From: Fibrobacterales bacterium
GTDB lineage: Bacteria; Fibrobacterota; Fibrobacteria; Fibrobacterales; JAOPTW01
Length of the DNA: 64,000 bases
Assembly (NCBI GenBank): GCA_051532055.1
Contig: JAOPTX010000037.1
Coordinates: forward strand, 1 to 64,000
Reading direction: 5' to 3'
The stretch's first letter is position 1; each line of letters begins with the position of its first letter. Positions 57,824 to 64,000 of the stretch are shown here, piece after piece. The notes beneath the pieces are model-generated. The model ran no database searches. It saw only the letters and a list, made by a program, of their open reading frames with translations, and had not been told where the DNA came from. A program made the translations under genes and the position numbers.

Positions 57824-60800
57824 TTAGTGAAACTTAATAAAAAGCATACCATGAGGAACTGAGTTTGGTACATGAATCATACCGCTTTCTATCACTGAAG
57901 CCTTATGAACCAATGAGCCATTAATAGTAAATACCTGAAATGATTCAGCTTGTTTTGGCGCCCGGAGGCTCCGCCCTTCTGTACCACTATTTTTGTATAT
58001 AAAAGTCATACCCTCTCTCTTTTTTGGGTTTTCAAAAAGTGGTGCAACACCGCTAGAGTCTACAATTACAGGTCCCGTCGTATCTACAATATCAACTACT
58101 GGGTCTATAATCAGACCTAGCGTTGAGTCAGCAATTGGATCAACAACGGTATCTACAACGGGAATCAGTGAAAAGAATGCAGTCATCTGATCATCCTGTG
58201 TCACGGGTGACGCATAGGTATAACCAGCTCCTGCAACAACTATCTCTGCTGTTACATTAACTCCATTACGATAGACAGAATCAAGGGCAAAACCAGCTGT
58301 TGGTGTAACCGTATAGGTAACCGATTCACCATAGTTTAACTCCGAGGCACTTACCACAACGCTACCACTTCCTACAGCGACAGCGCTACTTGCACTATGT
58401 CTCTTTACTGCAAAATTTGCAGTGTAAGTATTTGACCCTACAATATTTAAGAGAGTGAGATCAGGAATTGTCGCAGCAACTACTCCGGCTGTATCTGTCC
58501 AATTCACAAAATGAGAACCAGTATTTGGGGTTGCGGTTACTACAGACGATGCAGTATTATACTTAACTGTTTGAGCTACTTCACCTGTGATGATTCCATT
58601 TGCTCCGGCTGTATAGATAAGACCAAAAGTGTTTATAGTATACGCTGCAGTCACTGCAATATTACCGGTCACACCAGTAAATTTAACGGGGTTTTCTGTA
58701 CTTACCAAAGTACCCTCTGAATCAATCCAACCGGCAAACATATGTCCTGCTGGAACAATCGCTGTTACCGCAGATGCCGAAGCACCGCCCTTAACATTTT
58801 GAGTCGCTGTACCTACTAAAGTGCCACCAGTTCCTGCCACAAAAATCACCGAATAATCATCGAGCGCAAAAACTGCTGTAAATGAACTATTTTTTCTAAT
58901 GTCCGGAGCGCCAAATGAACTTTCAGTACTCACAATAATACCAGAAGCATCTTTCCAACCAGCAAAGCGATACCCTGCTGCAGGGGTTGCTGTAACTGCC
59001 GGTGCAGTATTGGTATAAAAAACTTTTTGAGTGCCAGTTGAAAGTGTGCCACCCGAACCTTCTACACTATAGGATACCGTTTTTTTCATCCACTGGAGAT
59101 ACGGACGTGGGTTTGTATCAATAGATGAAATCGTTGCAATCTCCCAAGTATTTTCAAAATCCCAACCGGTAAACGTATTTTTAGAAGCAAATGTTCCAGT
59201 TGCAACTCCAGTCACATCAAAAGGTTTGCTACCAGATGTTTCGCCAACTCCTTCTGATGAACCATATGTAGTGATATCAAAAAATGACGATACGACAGTC
59301 CCCTCGATAACCTTCCCTATAAATCCACCCTGTGGTTCCTCCACAGCATCAACTACTGCTGACGCATAACTGTTTTCAATTTTCATTACTCCATCGTTGT
59401 ATTCTGTCAGAAATCCAGTGATTCCACCTATAGATTTTTCACCACCTATAGTTCCAATAAAGTGAGAATTACTTAGTGTCCCATTACTTAATTTTCCTGC
59501 GAGACCTCCTCCCCGAATAATATTTTCTCCACCTTCCAGAATCATCGGAATAATTTGAGCATGGGCGAATATATTATTTATTACAGAAGGACCACCATTC
59601 CCAATAACCCCACCTACATTTTCCTCCCCCATTACTTTACCTTGGAAATAACAATTTCGTAAGGAGCTACTATACCCAACTGCCCCAACTATTCCACCAG
59701 TATTACTACCGCCAATCACTTCTCCAATAGCTATAACATTACTAATTTCTGTTGAGTCAGCATAGCCAATAAGCCCGCCAACATTGCTACTTGCATTTAT
59801 TGAAAAATCTTTCAAGGTAAGAGAACGTATTACAGCGCCATCTGCAACACCAAACATTCCAACATAGCCACCTGCATTAATATAGAGATTGGATAGAGTA
59901 TACCCCCCACCATTGAAGCTCCCTGTAAAACTTGACACCCTGTACCTTCCAATTGGAATAAAGCCTCTTGGCTCCCCATCTGAACCTAAATTCCAATGGC
60001 GCGTATCAGATGCATCAATATCTGCAGTCATCAAAAAGTGCTTATCATGATAATCTATTCTATTAGACAAAGCCTCTAGCTGATAGAGAGTAGATATTTG
60101 GTAGGGACTTCCCTCTGTACCATCCCCCACAGGAAACGATTCTTCTTTTTCAATTTTTGCTACAAGTGTCCGATCAGCAGCGCCAGTCACCGTAAACGAA
60201 TACTCCGCAACATCACTTACTAGCACTCCATTCAGGTACCAACCTCCAAAGACATATCCAGATTTTGTTGTTACTCCCAATGTAGCAGTCTCACCACTAT
60301 CGTAACCCCTACTACCTGAAACAGTTGATCGCTCGTTGTTATTAGTTGCAACAGCAACATACATATCCTTTTGTTGCCACTGCAAATATGGCCGAGGGGC
60401 CGCATCAATTTCAGGAATTGTTGCGATTTCCCAAACAGTATCAAAGTCCCACTCAGGAAACGTCGCCTCTAATGCAAAAGCACCTGTTTCGAGTTTAGCA
60501 CATTCAAGGTCTTCTGCCGGGCAGACATCTGTGTGTCCCGCCCCATTTGCACCATTGGCAGCATCATACCAAGTATCGGTAAACTCTGCTGCCGAATACG
60601 AAGACTTCCTATAGCTCATAATACCACCTCTATTCTCTTCAGTACCTGACTCAATATGGACCATTGTATAATTTTTATCGATAACTCCACTAGCAGCACT
60701 GTATACAAACCCGGAAATTGCTTTTGTTTGATCAAGTGAAGAAACAGAGCCCGTAGAAAAATTATTTATAACATCACTCCACGTGGCATTACCCAAAAAA

Positions 60801-61531
60801 CCACCTGCATTTGATGTTGCAACAACTATACCAGAGCTGAAGCTTGTCATTACAGTTGAATTACGTAAATAACCGACCAACCCTCCAGTATATTTACCGT
60901 CACCTTGCGTAAATACTGCACGACTCCTCACTGATACAGCGCTACTACTACTCATTATTATTGAATTATAAACACTCCCCGATAAACCTCCAGTATGATA
61001 TTTACCTCTTACCGCCCCCGATACCTGACAGTGTATTATGGCGCTATTTTTCATGTACCCTACAAGACTGCCAACCAAGCGATTTCCAGAGTAGTCAACA
61101 CCTTCAAGAGTAATATTTGCCAAGGTAGCGTCATCAGCATATCCAACAAACCCGACATATGTTTCATCAGGCCGTGTAATAGTCAAATTAGAAATGGTAT
61201 ACCCTTTACCATAAAAAGACCCACTAAAAGGCTGTGAACTATTCCCAATTGGAGAAAATCCTAAATATCCATTCCAGTTTTCAGACCCGGTCGCATCAAT
61301 ATCAGCACCAAGAATCCAGGTTTCATCCCAGGCATCACTAGTTTCACTCAACCAGATCAACTCATTAACCGTTGTTATTGTTCCACCATCACCATCTATC
61401 CATTCACTCGGTACCGATGCCACCGGAGTTGAATTTACTAGAGCATGTGCACTCCACGTTGTAAACAATACTATTATAAGTATTACCATTAAATTTTTCA
61501 AAATGTCTCCTGCAAGTATGTTAATCTGCAA
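57824..61531 (-). CDS. GLUG-motif beta-helix surface protein with InlB B-repeat-like domains
   Basis: Two blocks of ADIDA...GF.PIG...F.G.F.G.GYT.SNL with (V/T)GGLVG repeats, each ending WDF..WEIATI..ID..PRPYLQW; GYxFxGW repeats; short C-terminal sorting-like domain. Confidence 0.85.
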   Translation of the reverse strand: MQINILAGDILKNLMVILIIVLFTTWSAHALVNSTPVASVPSEWIDGDGGTITTVNELIWLSETSDAWDETWILGADIDATGSENWNGYLGFSPIGNSSQPFSGSFYGKGYTISNLTITRPDETYVGFVGYADDATLANITLEGVDYSGNRLVGSLVGYMKNSAIIHCQVSGAVRGKYHTGGLSGSVYNSIIMSSSSAVSVRSRAVFTQGDGKYTGGLVGYLRNSTVMTSFSSGIVVATSNAGGFLGNATWSDVINNFSTGSVSSLDQTKAISGFVYSAASGVIDKNYTMVHIESGTEENRGGIMSYRKSSYSAAEFTDTWYDAANGANGAGHTDVCPAEDLECAKLETGAFALEATFPEWDFDTVWEIATIPEIDAAPRPYLQWQQKDMYVAVATNNNERSTVSGSRGYDSGETATLGVTTKSGYVFGGWYLNGVLVSDVAEYSFTVTGAADRTLVAKIEKEESFPVGDGTEGSPYQISTLYQLEALSNRIDYHDKHFLMTADIDASDTRHWNLGSDGEPRGFIPIGRYRVSSFTGSFNGGGYTLSNLYINAGGYVGMFGVADGAVIRSLTLKDFSINASSNVGGLIGYADSTEISNVIAIGEVIGGSNTGGIVGAVGYSSSLRNCYFQGKVMGEENVGGVIGNGGPSVINNIFAHAQIIPMILEGGENIIRGGGLAGKLSNGTLSNSHFIGTIGGEKSIGGITGFLTEYNDGVMKIENSYASAVVDAVEEPQGGFIGKVIEGTVVSSFFDITTYGSSEGVGETSGSKPFDVTGVATGTFASKNTFTGWDFENTWEIATISSIDTNPRPYLQWMKKTVSYSVEGSGGTLSTGTQKVFYTNTAPAVTATPAAGYRFAGWKDASGIIVSTESSFGAPDIRKNSSFTAVFALDDYSVIFVAGTGGTLVGTATQNVKGGASASAVTAIVPAGHMFAGWIDSEGTLVSTENPVKFTGVTGNIAVTAAYTINTFGLIYTAGANGIITGEVAQTVKYNTASSVVTATPNTGSHFVNWTDTAGVVAATIPDLTLLNIVGSNTYTANFAVKRHSASSAVAVGSGSVVVSASELNYGESVTYTVTPTAGFALDSVYRNGVNVTAEIVVAGAGYTYASPVTQDDQMTAFFSLIPVVDTVVDPIADSTLGLIIDPVVDIVDTTGPVIVDSSGVAPLFENPKKREGMTFIYKNSGTEGRSLRAPKQAESFQVFTINGSLVHKASVIESGMIHVPNSVPHGMLFIKFH

Positions 61532-61790
61532 ACCTGATGATTCGCCTGGTCCCGTTAACCCCGCACAAATAATAGCTGTTTAAGCACCAAGATCAATCCA
61601 AAGACCTACTTGAAGTCAAGTATCTGTTTAAGAAGGCGTTTAAGAAATTATGAATAAATGGGGATTCAGAATACCCACCAAATGTATAGGCCTCTTTTAT
61701 ACAGAAAGTGATTAATGCTCTTTTTAGACTACTGACAGCAGGCTACAATGGAACATTTTCTCCATTACTAATCAGACTAATGTGATACAA

Positions 61791-62237
61791 CTACTCAGTT
61801 ATTATTGAAAAGTATTGAGTTATTCGCTCACTCTGCTCTCGTTCATTCCAGACAATGTGGCCTTCGCCATCAAGTGAATAATAAAATGAATCAAGATCAG
61901 CTACTCCACCTTCTGTCGTAATGATAAAGATCAAACTATCAGTGGCCCACCATTTTCCTGTTGTCGTATCCGTTGTACTATACTCTGGGTAAAACGTATA
62001 ATCTGCATAGAGTGAATCAGTAGAATAGTGTGCTTCAAAATTATTGTGTGAAAAACCTTCACTGAGTCCCGTTACAGAATCTAAGTGCCATCTACCAATC
62101 AAAGGATGAGCGGTGAGCTGTGTATCTTTTTCTATTATGGAAGACCCATTATCATGCAGAGAGTCTATAGAAGGCGATGATGGGCTATCACACCCTATAC
62201 AGAACAATAGACTTAAGATCCACAAGTAATAATTCAT
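61791..62237 (-). CDS. Lipocalin-like lipoprotein
   Basis: CIGC lipobox; LIGRWHL, TGKW. Confidence 0.6.
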   Translation of the reverse strand: MNYYLWILSLLFCIGCDSPSSPSIDSLHDNGSSIIEKDTQLTAHPLIGRWHLDSVTGLSEGFSHNNFEAHYSTDSLYADYTFYPEYSTTDTTTGKWWATDSLIFIITTEGGVADLDSFYYSLDGEGHIVWNEREQSERITQYFSIITE

Positions 62238-62289
62238 AATTTACCCTAATAGTATTTGAAGACACGATAAAATAAGTGTTTGTAGAATA

Positions 62290-63762
62290 TTATTTCACCC
62301 AACGTATATTATCGATTAAAACTGTGCCCTCTCCATTATGCAATCCAAAAGGTATTCTGATTTCGTTAAAATCTATGCCATCACCAAACGTATTAACCAA
62401 ATGATCAAAGGGGATAATTGCAGTTTGCCAGTGATTGTCCGCTCTTACATATCGATCAAGATCAATATACGCTGTCTCTGTTTTATGGTTCATGTGACCC
62501 CACTCTATTTTTATTGCATAGTTATGTTCCGTTTTCACATCAAAAACAAGTTTACCCTGAGCCCATTCTCTCAAATCTGTAGGTGAGTGGTATGCAAGCA
62601 TAAAACCACCGTCGCCTGGTGTCAAAACAATACTTCTTTCACCTTCAGTGCGATCCGGCGAATAGAGTATATCTTCTAACTTTAATGAGCCCCAGTTATC
62701 TGCTTTACCAAGAGTCTTAAAATAGTCACTGCCATCATAGTTATCAGTCATAAACACCAGCCCACCCCTATTGCGATAGGTTGAAGTACCTTGTGTAGAA
62801 TAATATATATTATCAATTACTATCTTTTCCTTCTTTCCGCCATTAAGATATATAAGGGCAAAAGGCTCTTTCAATTGTTCTAGATTAATTCCGTTAAACG
62901 AATCAAGAGGAATCACAACGTGCTCCCAATCGCCATTAAGCTCTGCATAATCGAACAACACCTTAGATTCATAGGAACCATTATCCCACTCTAATTTAAT
63001 CGCTGCATTTGTTTTTGATTTTATATCAAAATGTAAATAGCCACTATTGAATTGTTTGAAATTCTTCTGACTATCAAATACACATGCCCATCCACCACTT
63101 TCAAATTCTAATGCAATGCTCTTATTTCCTTCTACTGCATCATGGCTCGTTACTATGTTATTATTTCCCCACCTTACAAACCTACCCTTCCTTTGAAACT
63201 CATCAGTCCCATCGAACTGTTCTGAATAGAACTGAAATGTTTTTAGTTCTTGCACTGTACTTGAGGACGACACGGTTCGTTCTGACGAACTTAAATCTGG
63301 TAACAATATTTCTGAAGAAGAAGGAAGTATCGAAGAGCTCAGCACAATTATTGCACTCGAAACCGTTGTTGCTGAAGACGTAATTACTGTCCCGCCTTGT
63401 GAAAGAGCCACAGACTCACTGCTTGAAGAAATATTTACTGAACTACTTACCGATGCAATGAAGCTACTGATATCTCCACCATTACTCGATAAATGCAAAT
63501 CACTCGAGACGGATATTCCTGTAGATTCATTTTGGGAAGAAGAACTAGCTTCAATAGTTGTTGAACTCACACTGGATACAATACTGCTGCTTGGCCCCTG
63601 TACCACAGCTGTTTGTGATGACACTGTACTCTGAGGTTGAACATCCTGTAAATCTCCTGCAGTTGAATCAGGATCATCTAACATTGGTTTTACAACATTT
63701 CGATCACAAGCACTCAATACTATGAGTACGATTAAAATATGACTTAATAGATAGTGGTACAT
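62290..63762 (-). CDS. Lipoprotein with Ser-rich linker and two tandem carbohydrate-binding-like domains
   Basis: LSAC lipobox; long Ser-rich tract; duplicated EG.(K/R)SI...G.L.FD(I/V)K...IK.EW...W...IP.D...IDNI. Confidence 0.72.
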   Translation of the reverse strand: MYHYLLSHILIVLIVLSACDRNVVKPMLDDPDSTAGDLQDVQPQSTVSSQTAVVQGPSSSIVSSVSSTTIEASSSSQNESTGISVSSDLHLSSNGGDISSFIASVSSSVNISSSSESVALSQGGTVITSSATTVSSAIIVLSSSILPSSSEILLPDLSSSERTVSSSSTVQELKTFQFYSEQFDGTDEFQRKGRFVRWGNNNIVTSHDAVEGNKSIALEFESGGWACVFDSQKNFKQFNSGYLHFDIKSKTNAAIKLEWDNGSYESKVLFDYAELNGDWEHVVIPLDSFNGINLEQLKEPFALIYLNGGKKEKIVIDNIYYSTQGTSTYRNRGGLVFMTDNYDGSDYFKTLGKADNWGSLKLEDILYSPDRTEGERSIVLTPGDGGFMLAYHSPTDLREWAQGKLVFDVKTEHNYAIKIEWGHMNHKTETAYIDLDRYVRADNHWQTAIIPFDHLVNTFGDGIDFNEIRIPFGLHNGEGTVLIDNIRWVK

Positions 63763-64000
63763 TTAGGCTAATCCAGGCTTTTTAAGGTTAGCCAAAGATA
63801 GAAATTGACTGTATAAATAAATGTAAAATACAGTAAACGAACAGAGAAAGACTTTGAGTTATTTGAGCCTAAAGCTAAAAGACAATGCTTATTTACTCTA
63901 TACTCATTAAAAACCCACCATAAAATAAAGGTTAATATAAAGCTACTTTACCCAACGCACATTATCAATATATACGGTCCCACCTCCATTATGGGTACCA

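Noticed and set aside
1..64000. CRISPR array, IS or transposase, integrase, prophage or defence system
   Set aside because: No regularly spaced repeats and no ORFs with such motifs were seen by eye

Overview
AT-rich bacterial chromosome segment, most likely Fibrobacterota (FCB group). This is inferred from a Fibrobacter-type LexA box at recA, Ser-rich lipoproteins and a GTGVYIW-type C-terminal domain on a giant surface protein. The window is mostly housekeeping genes (cinA-recA, lysS, frameshifted prfB, aspS, phoH, glgB, prfC, rpmE, pepA, guaA, hflX, aroE, tRNA-Val and two tRNA-Asp) plus envelope and surface proteins. No mobile element or CRISPR array was seen. The standout region is 3.5-14 kb: a PerR-like regulator, an apparently metal-blind Fur paralogue behind a perfect FNR-type box, malic enzyme, aconitase B, and one 879-aa ORF fusing isocitrate dehydrogenase to a eukaryote-type citrate synthase. 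Two poly-A tracts (A10, A9) sit at the fusion junction with stops close by in both shifted frames, which suggests a slippage-controlled mix of free Icd and Icd-CS fusion. Other oddities: an archaeal/CDKAL1-type tRNA methylthiotransferase, a CDS whose stop codon lies inside tRNA-Val, a GH26 gene with a decayed lipoprotein signal, a frameshifted rubrerythrin-like remnant, and an Lpp-like lipoprotein paired with a LysM protein. All family assignments come from reading motifs by eye; no database searches were run.
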